Counted from the stretch's first letter, positions 9,391 to 18,553 are shown. The stretch: 64,000 nt of DNA from an uncultured Chloroflexia bacterium (GCA_963731995.1 CAVSXV010000013.1:121165-185164); one strand, 5' to 3'. Numbers and translations: made by a program. The notes: generated by a model not told the origin, from the sequence alone.

Positions 9391-10271
9391 GTGAGCGTCT
9401 CGCCGGCCGTGTCGGTGGTGCTGCGGTGGCCGGTCGCGTCGCGCAGGTTGGTGATGGCGAACACGATGAAGAAGGCGGTCACCGCCACGAGCACGATCAT
9501 GGCGCCCGCGGCGTAGTCGAACCAGTACGAGATGAGCAGGCCCAGGTAGGTGCTGGCCGAGCCGATGACCGTGGCGATGACCATCATCGATCCGATGCGC
9601 GTGGCCAGCAGCGCGCCGGCAGCCGCAGGTGCGAGCAGCATGCCAAACACGAGCAGCGTTCCCACGGTCTGGAAGGCCACCACCACGGTCAGCGCCACCA
9701 GCAGCAGCATGAGCAGGTGGTAGCGCCGCGAGGAGAAGCCGGCCACATCAGCCTGCTCGGGGTCGAAACTGAGCAGCAGGAACGGCCGAGCTGCGAGCAC
9801 GGAGACAGCGACGACCATCACGGTCGCCACGGCCATGACCGCGATCTGCTCCGGACTGGTACCCAGGATCTGGCCGAAGAGGATGGCCACGAGGTCACCC
9901 TGGAAGGCATCGCTGGCGCTGATGATGACCACACCCAGCGCGAGCATGGCCACGAAGAGCAGGCCGATGGCCGTGTCGCTCGAGAGCCGTGACCGGCGCT
10001 GCACGAGCGAGACGCCACCGATCATGACCACGGCCCCCACGGCCGCCCCGAGCATGCCCGGGAGGCCCAGGAGGACCGCACCGGCGATGCCGGGCAGGAC
10101 GCCGTGCGCGAGCGCGTCCCCGATGAAGGCCAGGCCGCGCAACACCACGAACGTCCCGACCACCGCGCAGGCGATCGACACCAGCACGCCGGCCACCAGG
10201 GCCCGGGTCATGAAGGCGTTGTCCAGGAACGGAGCGAGGAGGTAGTCCAAGGGGTCTCCAGGAGGATCCAC
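9387..10271 (-). CDS. aztB: Zinc/manganese ABC transporter permease (AztB/ZnuB-like)
   Basis: ABC-3 motif VLRGLAFIGDALAHGVLPG, SDTAIG, SFDPE. Confidence 0.9.
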   Translation of the reverse strand: MDPPGDPLDYLLAPFLDNAFMTRALVAGVLVSIACAVVGTFVVLRGLAFIGDALAHGVLPGIAGAVLLGLPGMLGAAVGAVVMIGGVSLVQRRSRLSSDTAIGLLFVAMLALGVVIISASDAFQGDLVAILFGQILGTSPEQIAVMAVATVMVVAVSVLAARPFLLLSFDPEQADVAGFSSRRYHLLMLLLVALTVVVAFQTVGTLLVFGMLLAPAAAGALLATRIGSMMVIATVIGSASTYLGLLISYWFDYAAGAMIVLVAVTAFFIVFAITNLRDATGHRSTTDTAGETLT

Positions 10272-10310
10272 GGGCCGGCACGGGCCGCCCGCAGCGATCA
10301 GCCGAGCATA

Positions 10311-11279
10311 TCAGCGCGCCTGCGGCGCCAAGGCGTCAGCCACGCTGGTGGCGATGTCGCGGATGAGATCCTGGTAAGTGCCACCAGCGGGCAGCTGCGA
10401 GGTCGAGAGCGGTACCAGCGTGGCGCCACTGTCGGACGCTACTGCCTGCGCCACCGACTGCGGGGTGCCGACCTCGGTGAAGACGGCCGAGACGCCGTTG
10501 GCCTTGATGTCGTCGATGAGCTGCGCCATCTCACGGGCGGTGGGCTCGCCGCTGGTCGAGAGGCTGGGAATGACGGTGCCGATGAGCTCGAAGTCGTAGC
10601 GGTCGGCGAAGTAGCCCAGCGAGCGGTGGCCGGTGACCAACTTGCGATCTTCGGGGGGTACGACCGAGAGGATGGTGGCCACCTCCGTGTCGAGCGCCTC
10701 GAGCTCGGCCGCCAGCGTGGCCGTCCTGGCACTCACATCCATGCCGGCGTCAGCCAGGACGGGCTCGAGTGCGGCGACGACATCGCGCATCGCGAGCGGG
10801 TCGGTCCAGAAGTGGGGATCCCCGGCGAGGTGGTCGTGCGCCTCTTCAGCGTCGACCGCTTCATCGTCCTCGGCGCTGCCGCGGAGTTCACGCACGGTGA
10901 TGTGGTCGGTCGCCTGGAACCAGGTGGCTCCGTCGGACTCGGCGGTCTCGAGCACGGCCACCAGGGCCTCCTCCAGGTCCAGGCCGTTGGACACGAGCAC
11001 ATCCGCACCGAGCATGCGTTCGGCATCGCGAGCGGATGGTTCGTAGCTATGCGGGTTGGCGCCGCTGGGCATGATCACGCTGACCTCGCCGGCGTCACCC
11101 ACGAGCTGGCTCACGACCGAACCGAGCACCTCGGTGGTGACCACGACGCTGCCGCCGTCCTCGCTCGCCGAAGCCGGGGCCGCGCCCGACAGGGCCAGTG
11201 GCACCGCTAGCGCGGCCGCGCCCAGCGTGGTCAGGAACCGGCCGCGGACAGCGTGCAGCGGAATGGTATTGCCTGGCAT
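10311..11279 (-). CDS. aztC: Zinc ABC transporter substrate-binding protein (AztC/ZnuA-like, cluster A-I)
   Basis: Signal peptide; His ligands NPHSYE, DPHFW, GHRSLGY; short His/acidic loop EEAHDH. Confidence 0.88.
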   Translation of the reverse strand: MPGNTIPLHAVRGRFLTTLGAAALAVPLALSGAAPASASEDGGSVVVTTEVLGSVVSQLVGDAGEVSVIMPSGANPHSYEPSARDAERMLGADVLVSNGLDLEEALVAVLETAESDGATWFQATDHITVRELRGSAEDDEAVDAEEAHDHLAGDPHFWTDPLAMRDVVAALEPVLADAGMDVSARTATLAAELEALDTEVATILSVVPPEDRKLVTGHRSLGYFADRYDFELIGTVIPSLSTSGEPTAREMAQLIDDIKANGVSAVFTEVGTPQSVAQAVASDSGATLVPLSTSQLPAGGTYQDLIRDIATSVADALAPQAR

Positions 11280-11309
11280 CGAGCACTTCTCCTGGGACGA
11301 TCCGACTCT

Positions 11310-11330
11310 TATTGATACTTCGTATCAATA
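11310..11330. promoter_or_regulatory. Zur-type operator palindrome
   Basis: Perfect 9-3-9 inverted repeat TATTGATAC-TTC-GTATCAATA (21 bp). Resembles the actinobacterial Zur box TATTGAAAATNATTTTCAATA and sits upstream of a zinc importer. Confidence 0.78.
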
Positions 11331-11395
11331 GTACACACCGACCGGGGGAGGTGCAAGACCACCGTCAACAGCCGGTGGTAGGCTCGAAGAACGTG

Positions 11396-12109
11396 ATGAG
11401 GAAGCATCGAGCACAGGCACCCGCCGCGTTGGCGATGCTCGGCCTGCTGGCCGTGGCCTGTGGCGGAACGGAAGCGACGACACCGGCCGTCACTGCGACG
11501 GCGGAGTCGATCGCACCGGTGAGCTCGGTCTCCCTGACCCCGGCCACACCGGCTGTGACGTCCGCGCCGGCGACCACGCCGGAGGCAACCGCGGCCGTTG
11601 CCAGCACGTCGACGGCCGGCCAGATCGGCGACCCGCGTCCGGCACCGGAGCTGGCCGGCCTCGTCCTGCCCGACCGCTCGACCTTCGACCTGGCGAGCCT
11701 GCGGGGAGAACCGGTGCTCGTGTACTTCGGTTACACCCATTGCCCTGACGTCTGCCCCGCCACCCTGGGCGAGCTCTTCGGGGTCTTCGAGGAAGAGCCG
11801 GACACGCAGGCGCTGTTCGTCTCGGTCGATCCCGAGCGAGACACGCCCGAGTTCCTCGACGAGTGGACCACCTACCTGCCCGACAACCTGTACGCCGTGA
11901 CCGGCAGCCCCGGAGCCATCCGCCGCGCAGCTGACAACTACGGCGTCAAGTACGCTCGCGTGGAGACAAGCTCGACGGCCGGCTACACGATGTCTCACAC
12001 CGCTGAGCTCTATCTCATCGACGCCGACGGCCAACTGCGGTTGGCCTACCCGTTCGGGACACCCGCAGCCGAGATCGTGGAGGATCTGCGGGCCCTCGAC
12101 GCGAGCTGA
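11396..12109 (+). CDS. SCO1/SenC family copper chaperone, lipoprotein
   Basis: Lipobox LAVAC, Thr/Ala/Pro linker, YFGYTHCPDVCP (CxxxC), SVDPERDTPE, conserved His in MSHTA. Confidence 0.9.
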   Translation: MRKHRAQAPAALAMLGLLAVACGGTEATTPAVTATAESIAPVSSVSLTPATPAVTSAPATTPEATAAVASTSTAGQIGDPRPAPELAGLVLPDRSTFDLASLRGEPVLVYFGYTHCPDVCPATLGELFGVFEEEPDTQALFVSVDPERDTPEFLDEWTTYLPDNLYAVTGSPGAIRRAADNYGVKYARVETSSTAGYTMSHTAELYLIDADGQLRLAYPFGTPAAEIVEDLRALDAS

Positions 12110-12131
12110 GCCACCACCAAGAGGGGAACCC

Positions 12132-12749
12132 ATGAACCGTTCGACCCGCATCCTGCTCATGACCGGCGCCTCGGTCGCGGCCATCGTCAGCCTCACCTTC
12201 GCCTCGGTCACGGCCCAGGACGACGCAGCGGCTGCCGATGACATGGACACGATGGCACCCTTGGAGGAGATGGAGCCGGGGCTCTACGTGATGGACCCGT
12301 GGACCCGCGAGTCGCCCATGCTCGACCTCGCCGGCGCTGCCTACATGATCATCCACAACAGCACCGACACCGACGATGCGCTGGTCGGCGTGTCCAGCCC
12401 GGCCGCCGAGTTCGTCGAGCTGCACCTCTCGTCGATGGATGACGAAGGCATGATGTCGATGAACCAGGTCGAGGAGATCCCGATCCCGGCCCACGCCGAC
12501 GCGGTCCTGGAACCCGGCGGCTACCACATCATGCTCATCGACCTGGTGACACCGCTCCAAGAGGGCGCCGAGGTCGAGCTGGACCTCGAATTCATGACGG
12601 CCGATCCCCAGACGGTCACCGCGCCGGTGATGGCGGCTGCGCCGACGTCCGCCGGCATGGAGATGGACCAGGGCACCGGATCGGACGACATGTCCGACGC
12701 CATGGGCATGGACACCGATGACGAGCCGATGGAGGAGGACGAAAGCTAG
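12132..12749 (+). CDS. Copper chaperone PCu(A)C
   Basis: GAAYMII.N, VELH...MMSM...LEPGGYHIML copper motif; signal peptide; Met-rich termini. Confidence 0.9.
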   Translation: MNRSTRILLMTGASVAAIVSLTFASVTAQDDAAAADDMDTMAPLEEMEPGLYVMDPWTRESPMLDLAGAAYMIIHNSTDTDDALVGVSSPAAEFVELHLSSMDDEGMMSMNQVEEIPIPAHADAVLEPGGYHIMLIDLVTPLQEGAEVELDLEFMTADPQTVTAPVMAAAPTSAGMEMDQGTGSDDMSDAMGMDTDDEPMEEDES

Positions 12750-12843
12750 GTTCCCGCCACCACGAGCCGCTCGTGAGGCTCCGGAACCGAACTTCCGGAG
12801 CCTCCTCTATGCTGGCCCGACCGCTTCCCAGCTGAGGATACCG

Positions 12844-13638
12844 ATGCTCCAGACCCATCGCGCCCGCTACGCCGCATCCGCTTCTCTCACCCTGCTGCTG
12901 ACTACGCTGCTCATGGCAGCCTCGTGGTCCGTCGTGGCCGCGCAGGAACGCGACGACGGGCTGACCTGGGCACCGCTGGTGACCCCGCCGCCGGTCGCCA
13001 CACCGCCGATCTCCTCCCCCACCGACCAGGTCGACGGGTACTCCATGGGCTCGCCCGATGCTCCCGTGGTCATCGAGATCTGGGAAGACTTCCAGTGCCC
13101 CTACTGCCAGCGCTTCACCTACGAAGTCGAGCCCAGCATCGTCGAGCAGTACGTGAAGAGCGGCGACGTCCGGCTCGTCTTCCGCAACCTGGCCTTCCTG
13201 GGCGATGAGTCGCACTGGGCCGCGGTGGCGGGTGCGCTCGCCGCCGACCAGAACATGTTCTGGCCCTTCCGTGACTACCTCTTCGCCAACTTCGGCGGCA
13301 ACCAGAGCGGCAGCTACCACATCGACCGTCTGCTCGAGATGGGTGAAGCGGTCGGCCTCGACATGGACGCGTTCCGTGAGGGCCTCAAGCTCGAGAACGC
13401 CCGCGAGCGCTTCGCCGAGATCGAGGCCACCTACCGGGCCGAAGCCTACGCCCAGGGCATCAACGCGACCCCCACCGTGATCGTGAATGGGGTCGCCGTG
13501 TCGACGCCCGACTTCGCCACCATCGCCGACGCGGTGGACATCGAGCTGGCCAAGGCGGCCACTGCCGCGGGTGATGCCGAACCGAGTGCCAGCGACGACA
13601 CGGCCGCGGAGGAGGACGCACCGGCGGCCGAGGGATAG
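12844..13638 (+). CDS. DsbA/BdbD-like thioredoxin-fold protein, secreted
   Basis: MGSPDAPVVIEIWEDFQCPYC (CxxC), cis-Pro loop GINATPT, signal peptide. Confidence 0.88.
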   Translation: MLQTHRARYAASASLTLLLTTLLMAASWSVVAAQERDDGLTWAPLVTPPPVATPPISSPTDQVDGYSMGSPDAPVVIEIWEDFQCPYCQRFTYEVEPSIVEQYVKSGDVRLVFRNLAFLGDESHWAAVAGALAADQNMFWPFRDYLFANFGGNQSGSYHIDRLLEMGEAVGLDMDAFREGLKLENARERFAEIEATYRAEAYAQGINATPTVIVNGVAVSTPDFATIADAVDIELAKAATAAGDAEPSASDDTAAEEDAPAAEG

Positions 13639-13976
13639 GCGCTGCTCGACGGGGTTGCAGGCCACCAGGACGCTGGCAGCAGGTCGGGGCCGATCGGCTG
13701 CTTGCGGGGTGAACGATCGTGACGCGATGGGCGGCGAACGCGCCGCTCCTGTCCACATCGTGAGCGATGGTGTCATCGCTGCTCGCCGGAGGAGCCAGAC
13801 CCGCTGATCGGGACACAGCCTGGTCGAGATCGCCCATGGGGTGAGCAGCCGGCGCCGCGGCCCGTCGTTCCCCGTCACCCGAGCTCAACTGCAGCGGGTC
13901 TCCTCTTCCCCGTTCGTCCGAGGTCATCCAGGCGCTACGATGCGAGCATCCGGGCGCGTTGCAGGGAGAGACCACC

Positions 13977-14681
13977 ATGACCTCGTCACAACCACCGACT
14001 GACAGCAGCTCCAAGGACGCCGGGACCACGGGCGCTCAGCCGAGCTCCGGTCGTCAAGCGGACGTCGACCGCGTGTCGGCGATGGCCGAAGACCTCATCA
14101 ACCGCGGCGCTCCGTGGGACAAGCGCACCTCGTGGACCATCGTCCTCATCGAGGGCACCGTCGCCGCGCTCGTGGGCCTGATGTTCATCTTCAAGCCGCT
14201 GGGCGGCTCGAGCACCACGCTGCAGATCGTGGGCCTCATCCTGCTCGTCGGCTCGCTCATCACCGCCTTCCAGCTGTGGCGTCGCACCCTGCGCCCCGAG
14301 ATCGAGCTGTTGGCGTCGTTCCGCTCGGGCTCGGGTGTGACGGTCGGCCTGGTGGTCCTCGTGGCCACCTTCTTCGCGCCCGTCACCGACGCCGTCGTGG
14401 CCTCCCTCGCAGTGGTCGTCGGCATCGGCTTCGTCATCTTCGGGCTCACCGGTATCGGCAGCAGCCTCGTGCGGCGGCAGCTCGACGCTCCGCTGCCGAT
14501 GGCGACGTTGGTGGCCAACGCCGTGCTGGCGCTCGTCGGTGCCCTGCTGCTCTTCGCTGGAGCCGCCGGTGCCGACTCCGTGGACGGCATCTTCAACCTG
14601 CTGGGCGTGCTCCTGATCGCCGCCGGGCTGGCCCTCGCCGGCTACGCGTACATGCTTCGGCAGCAGGTCGAGAACCGCTGA
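13977..14681 (+). CDS. Membrane protein, HdeD/DUF308-like
   Basis: About six TM helices beginning WTIVLIEGTVAALVGLMFIFKP; GGGAGAG RBS before ATG 13977. Confidence 0.6.
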   Translation: MTSSQPPTDSSSKDAGTTGAQPSSGRQADVDRVSAMAEDLINRGAPWDKRTSWTIVLIEGTVAALVGLMFIFKPLGGSSTTLQIVGLILLVGSLITAFQLWRRTLRPEIELLASFRSGSGVTVGLVVLVATFFAPVTDAVVASLAVVVGIGFVIFGLTGIGSSLVRRQLDAPLPMATLVANAVLALVGALLLFAGAAGADSVDGIFNLLGVLLIAAGLALAGYAYMLRQQVENR

Positions 14682-14732
14682 CCCTGGCCCTCGCGAGGGG
14701 CGAACCACGCTCCCGCCGCGGCTCGCGGCCGG

Positions 14733-16049
14733 TCAGCCCAGACCGCCCTTGCCCTCCCGGTCGGAGCTGTGCTTGGGCAGGCCGGTGATGAGTCGGCTGC
14801 CACGGCCTCGGGAGATGAACGACCACGCCCAGCGGACCATCACGAGCAGGCGGTTCTGCAGCCCGATGAGCCAGAAGATGTGGATCCCCAGCCACATGAA
14901 CCAGGCGATGAAGCCACTGAAACGGACCATCCGGAAGTCGGCCACGGCCCGCAGCCGGCCGATAGTGGCCAGCTCGCCGAGGTCCTTGAACTCGAAGTCC
15001 GGGATGACCACGCCGTCGCGCTTGGCGACGATCGAGCGAGCCGCGTACTTGCCGCCCTGGATGCCACCCTGGGCCACGCCCGGCACCATCTGGCCCGGGG
15101 ACCATTCGGCAGCGGCGAGGTCACCCACGACCCAGATGTCTGGGTAGCCGGGCACGGTCAGGTCGTGGTTCACCAGGATGCGTCCGACCCGGTCGGTCGG
15201 GGCCTCGGTGGCTTCGGCCACGGCCCTGCCGAACTTGCCTACCGCCACGCCCGCCGCCCACAGCACGGTGCGGGCAGGGATGCGGCTGGTCTCGGTGCCC
15301 TCGGTGCCGCGCACGGTCACGCCATCGCCATCGATCTCGGTCACCATGGTCCGGGTGCGGATGGTGACGCCCAGCTGCGCCAGCTGGCGTGAGGCGGCCT
15401 TGGAGAGCGAACGCGGATAGGTCGGCAGCACGCGATCGGCGCCCTCCACGAGGTAGACCAGCGCCTCCTCGGTGTTGATGGCCCGGAAATCACGAGGCAA
15501 CGCGTCGCGGGCGATCTCGCAGAGTGAGCCGGCCAGCTCCACACCGGTGGGCCCGGCGCCGACGATGACGAAGGTCATCCAGTGGTGCTGCCTCGCAGAG
15601 TCGGTCTCGAGCTCCGCGTTCTCGAAGGCATCGAGGATGCGGGCGCGCATCTGCAGCGCGTCCTCGAGCGACTTGATGCCAGGCGCGTACTCGGACCATC
15701 CGTCGTTGCCGAAGTAGGAGTGCTTGCTGCCGGTGGCCACGACGAGGGAGTCGTATTCGAGATCCGTGCCGTCGTCGATGCGAACGGTCCTGGCATCGGG
15801 GTCGAGGCCCATGGCCTCGGCCAGCAGGACACGCACGTTCTGCTGCTTGCGCAGGATGAGGCGAAGCGGCTGCGCGATGTCGGACGGGGTGAGGGCGCCG
15901 GTCGCGACCTGGTAGAGCAAGGGGCTGAAGAGGTGGTGGTTGCGCCGATCGACGAGGGTGATGTCGACGTCGTGCTTGGCCAGCGCTCGCGCAGCGTAGA
16001 GGCCGCCGTAACCGCCGCCGATGATCAGTACGCGATGTCGCTCAGCCAT
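14733..16049 (-). CDS. ndh: Type II NADH dehydrogenase (NAD(P)/FAD-dependent oxidoreductase)
   Basis: Two Rossmann motifs IIGGGYGG and VGAGPTGVELAG; HLFSPLLYQVATG; LWAAGV; VGDLA; GELATIGR. Confidence 0.92.
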   Translation of the reverse strand: MAERHRVLIIGGGYGGLYAARALAKHDVDITLVDRRNHHLFSPLLYQVATGALTPSDIAQPLRLILRKQQNVRVLLAEAMGLDPDARTVRIDDGTDLEYDSLVVATGSKHSYFGNDGWSEYAPGIKSLEDALQMRARILDAFENAELETDSARQHHWMTFVIVGAGPTGVELAGSLCEIARDALPRDFRAINTEEALVYLVEGADRVLPTYPRSLSKAASRQLAQLGVTIRTRTMVTEIDGDGVTVRGTEGTETSRIPARTVLWAAGVAVGKFGRAVAEATEAPTDRVGRILVNHDLTVPGYPDIWVVGDLAAAEWSPGQMVPGVAQGGIQGGKYAARSIVAKRDGVVIPDFEFKDLGELATIGRLRAVADFRMVRFSGFIAWFMWLGIHIFWLIGLQNRLLVMVRWAWSFISRGRGSRLITGLPKHSSDREGKGGLG

Positions 16050-16146
16050 CCCTGACTCCTTCCGCTCGCAGCCCCGCTCGCCGTCCCTGTAGTGCAGAGC
16101 ATGCCACGTGTCTGGGATGGCACTCGGCGCTTGACCGAACTGCTAC

Positions 16147-16179
16147 ACTTTGCGGTACAAACTACTTTGAGGGCAGAGA
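16147..16179. promoter_or_regulatory. Candidate tandem operator ACTTTG-N4/5-CAAACT
   Basis: ACTTTG (16147) CGGTA CAAACT followed directly by ACTTTG (16164) AGGG CAGAG, in an AT-rich patch just before a membrane-protein/regulator pair. Confidence 0.45.
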
Positions 16180-16775
16180 TGGACGGTCAGGCCGATCTTG
16201 GAGCGATGGAGCGCGAGGCGTACCGCGCGTACTGGTCCGACGGCATCGTCGACATCTACCTCGGGCTGTCGCTGCTGTTCATGGGTGCGATGTGGACCTG
16301 GCCCAATGACCTCTCCGGGATCGCGGGTGTGTTGCCGGCGATCCTGGTGACACCGATGCTCGCCGGCCGCAAGCGATTCGTCGAGGCCCGCCTTGGCCAC
16401 GTCGAGTGGCGGCCTACCAGGCGCGGCTGGGAACTCCGCAATCAACTGCTGGTACTGGCAGCCGGCGTCGTGCTCTTCGTGGCGGCTGTGGTGCTCTACA
16501 GCACCGTCGTCCCGGACGGCTCGGGCGACGGGCGAATCGCGCCGGGAATCCTCGCCTGGCTGCTGGCACTCCTGTCGCTTGGGCTCGCCATCCTGCTCGA
16601 TGCACGACGGATGCTGCTGTACGCGGCCGTCCTGGCGGCGGGCGGCATGGTGGTGGTGTCGCTCCAGGCCGAGCCGGGCTGGCCGATGTTGGCCGCCGGG
16701 ATCGTGGCGACCATCGTGGGCCTGGCCATGCTGCGGGGTTTCGTGGCGCGCTACCCGGTCATCGACCAGCCGTGA
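16179..16775 (+). CDS. Hypothetical membrane protein (about six TM)
   Basis: Hydrophobic helices; YWSDGIVDIYLG N-terminal motif; overlaps the downstream regulator (GTGA). Confidence 0.75.
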   Translation: MDGQADLGAMEREAYRAYWSDGIVDIYLGLSLLFMGAMWTWPNDLSGIAGVLPAILVTPMLAGRKRFVEARLGHVEWRPTRRGWELRNQLLVLAAGVVLFVAAVVLYSTVVPDGSGDGRIAPGILAWLLALLSLGLAILLDARRMLLYAAVLAAGGMVVVSLQAEPGWPMLAAGIVATIVGLAMLRGFVARYPVIDQP

Positions 16776-17095
16776 GCGAGACGACGGTCGGATACGGGCA
16801 GCCGCCGCCGTTCGAGCTGGACCGGCTCATCCATGAGCCGGCACGGCTGCTGCTCGTCTCCAACCTCGCCATCGTCGAAGAGGCCGACTTCGTCTACCTC
16901 TCAGCGAGGACCGGGCTGACGGCCGGCAACATCAGCTCGCACATGACACGCCTCGAGGACGCTGGATACGTGCACATCGAGAAGTCGTTCGCCGGCAAGC
17001 GACCAAGGACGACCTACGCTCTGACCCCGATCGGTCGAGCTGCCTTCGAGCGATATCGCCGGCAGGTGGACGGTCTGCTCAGGAACGGCCGCTAG
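16772..17095 (+). CDS. Winged-helix transcriptional regulator (HTH_34, MarR/ArsR-like)
   Basis: LDRLIHEPARL...ADFVYL...GLTAGNISSH..RLEDAGYV.IEKSF.GKRPRTTY.LT..GR.AF. Confidence 0.9.
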   Translation: MSETTVGYGQPPPFELDRLIHEPARLLLVSNLAIVEEADFVYLSARTGLTAGNISSHMTRLEDAGYVHIEKSFAGKRPRTTYALTPIGRAAFERYRRQVDGLLRNGR

Positions 17096-17327
17096 CACGG
17101 GCCTGCTCGACGAGCCATGTCGCGGCGGCGTGGCGGCTCATGTGCATACCCGACCTCTGGCGGCGCGGCGTCGTGGCTATCCAGCGCGAGCCGAACTGTC
17201 CGGCACCCATCTGGAACCGGCCGACCCTGCCGATGATGACGTCCTTGTAGAGCACCTCGTACTGGCCCGCACCAGGAGGCGACGCCTGGCGGTACCTGAC
17301 ATGCTTCGGGTTCGGTGTAGCGACCAT
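17079..17327 (-). CDS. Hypothetical small basic protein (82 aa)
   Basis: Non-shadow-like composition (QYEVLYKDVIIGRVGRF...WIAT); fills an otherwise empty gap. Confidence 0.45.
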   Translation of the reverse strand: MVATPNPKHVRYRQASPPGAGQYEVLYKDVIIGRVGRFQMGAGQFGSRWIATTPRRQRSGMHMSRHAAATWLVEQARASGRS

Positions 17328-17443
17328 GGCGTCGCCGAGGATACCGTCCCGCCCCGGTCGGCGGCGCGACGGGCGGGCGCGCGGCGAGGCCATCCGTGCG
17401 AGAACAGGGTCAACTGCTGGCTACCCGGAGATATGGCAAGGAA

Positions 17444-17479
17444 GGACCCGGGCCGGAGGGGGGAAGCCGGCCCGGGTCC
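17444..17479 (-). terminator. Intrinsic terminator
   Basis: Perfect 13-bp stem GGACCCGGGCCGG/CCGGCCCGGGTCC followed by TTCCTT on the minus strand, downstream of 17505-17927. Confidence 0.7.
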
Positions 17480-17504
17480 GAGGAAGGCGGAGTCGAGGCG
17501 TAGC

Positions 17505-17927
17505 CTACCGAGGCTCGAGCACGATCACGGGGATGTAGGGCCGCCGGGTCTTCTTCTCGTAGGCAGCGAAGTTCGGGTTGATGGTCTTCTGTCTCGTCCA
17601 GATGGACTCGTACTCGTCACCCCTGGCCTCGCGTGCACGCACGGACACCGTTTCGGTACCGACCTCGATGCTCGTGTCCGGGTGCGCGAGGACGTTGTGA
17701 TACCACGCCGGGTTCTCGTCAGCACCACCCTTGGAGGCGAACACGGCCCACCCGATATCCAGCCGCTGCATGGCCACCGGGCTGACGCGCTCGATACCGC
17801 TCTTGGCACCCGTGTGGTGGAGGAGCAGGAGCGGGACGCCACGGAAGTAACCGCCAACGACACCCTCGTTGGTCCGGAACTCGTCGATGATGGCCTGGTT
17901 CGGATCGGCCAGGGAGGTGGACGACAT
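17505..17927 (-). CDS. Deazaflavin (F420)-dependent nitroreductase family oxidoreductase (Ddn/FDOR-A)
   Basis: NQAIIDEFR.N.G.VGG.F, LLLLHHTGAKSG, ASKGG...NPAWYHN..AHP, F..YEKKT.R.IPV. Confidence 0.92.
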   Translation of the reverse strand: MSSTSLADPNQAIIDEFRTNEGVVGGYFRGVPLLLLHHTGAKSGIERVSPVAMQRLDIGWAVFASKGGADENPAWYHNVLAHPDTSIEVGTETVSVRAREARGDEYESIWTRQKTINPNFAAYEKKTRRPYIPVIVLEPR

Positions 17928-17944
17928 CGCGGAGACCCTCGTCT

Positions 17945-17973
17945 ATTGCGTGCGGAATGGTTGCGAATGCAAC
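17945..17973. promoter_or_regulatory. Candidate MarR operator pair
   Basis: Palindrome GTTGC-GAAT-GCAAC (17960-17973) next to degenerate ATTGC-GTGC-GGAAT (17945-17958), between the divergent reductase and MarR genes. Confidence 0.55.
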
Positions 17974-18042
17974 AATACCGTTTGACAGCGGCTTCCGTCA
18001 AGTCCACCATCGGGAAGACGGGACCGACAGCCAGGAGAGGAC

Positions 18043-18544
18043 GTGACCGAGACCATCCACATCGGGGAGGCGAGCAGCGACGCGGGGCTGTTCCCCGACG
18101 AGCGACTGGTGACCACGGGTGTGCTGCACGAGACCCAGGCCGTGGTCGGCGCCGCCATCGAGAGGCTGGCCGTCGAACCCTCCGGCCTGGACTCGGCTAC
18201 CGCCGACCTGCTGGTGCGCCTCACCAAGTCGTCAAGCTGCGGTATCCGCGGCGTGGAGATCGGCGAGCAGTGCCAGATGACAGCCACGCGCGTCTCGCGG
18301 TTGCTCGACCGCGCGGAGGCTGACGGCCTCGTACAGCGCACACCGGACCCGACCGACCGACGTGCCCAGCACGTGGTGCTCACAGACAAGGGTCGCGAGG
18401 CGGCGCAACGGTTCGCACCACTGATGGACGAGGTGCTCGACGACCTCGTCTTCGAGACGCTCTCAGCGGATGAGCGCGCTACCCTCATCGACGCTCCTCG
18501 CGCGGTTGCGTGACCGCGCGCGGGAGTTGCTCAACGACAGCTGA
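18043..18544 (+). CDS. MarR family regulator (apparent 1-bp insertion near 18493)
   Basis: VSRLLDRAEADGLVQRTPDPTDRRAQHVVLTDKG wing motif. Removing one base at about 18493 gives the typical ending TLIDLLARLRDRARELLNDS, stopping at 18544 just before the next RBS; as written the ORF stops at 18513. Confidence 0.85.
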
Positions 18545-18553
18545 GAGGAGATC

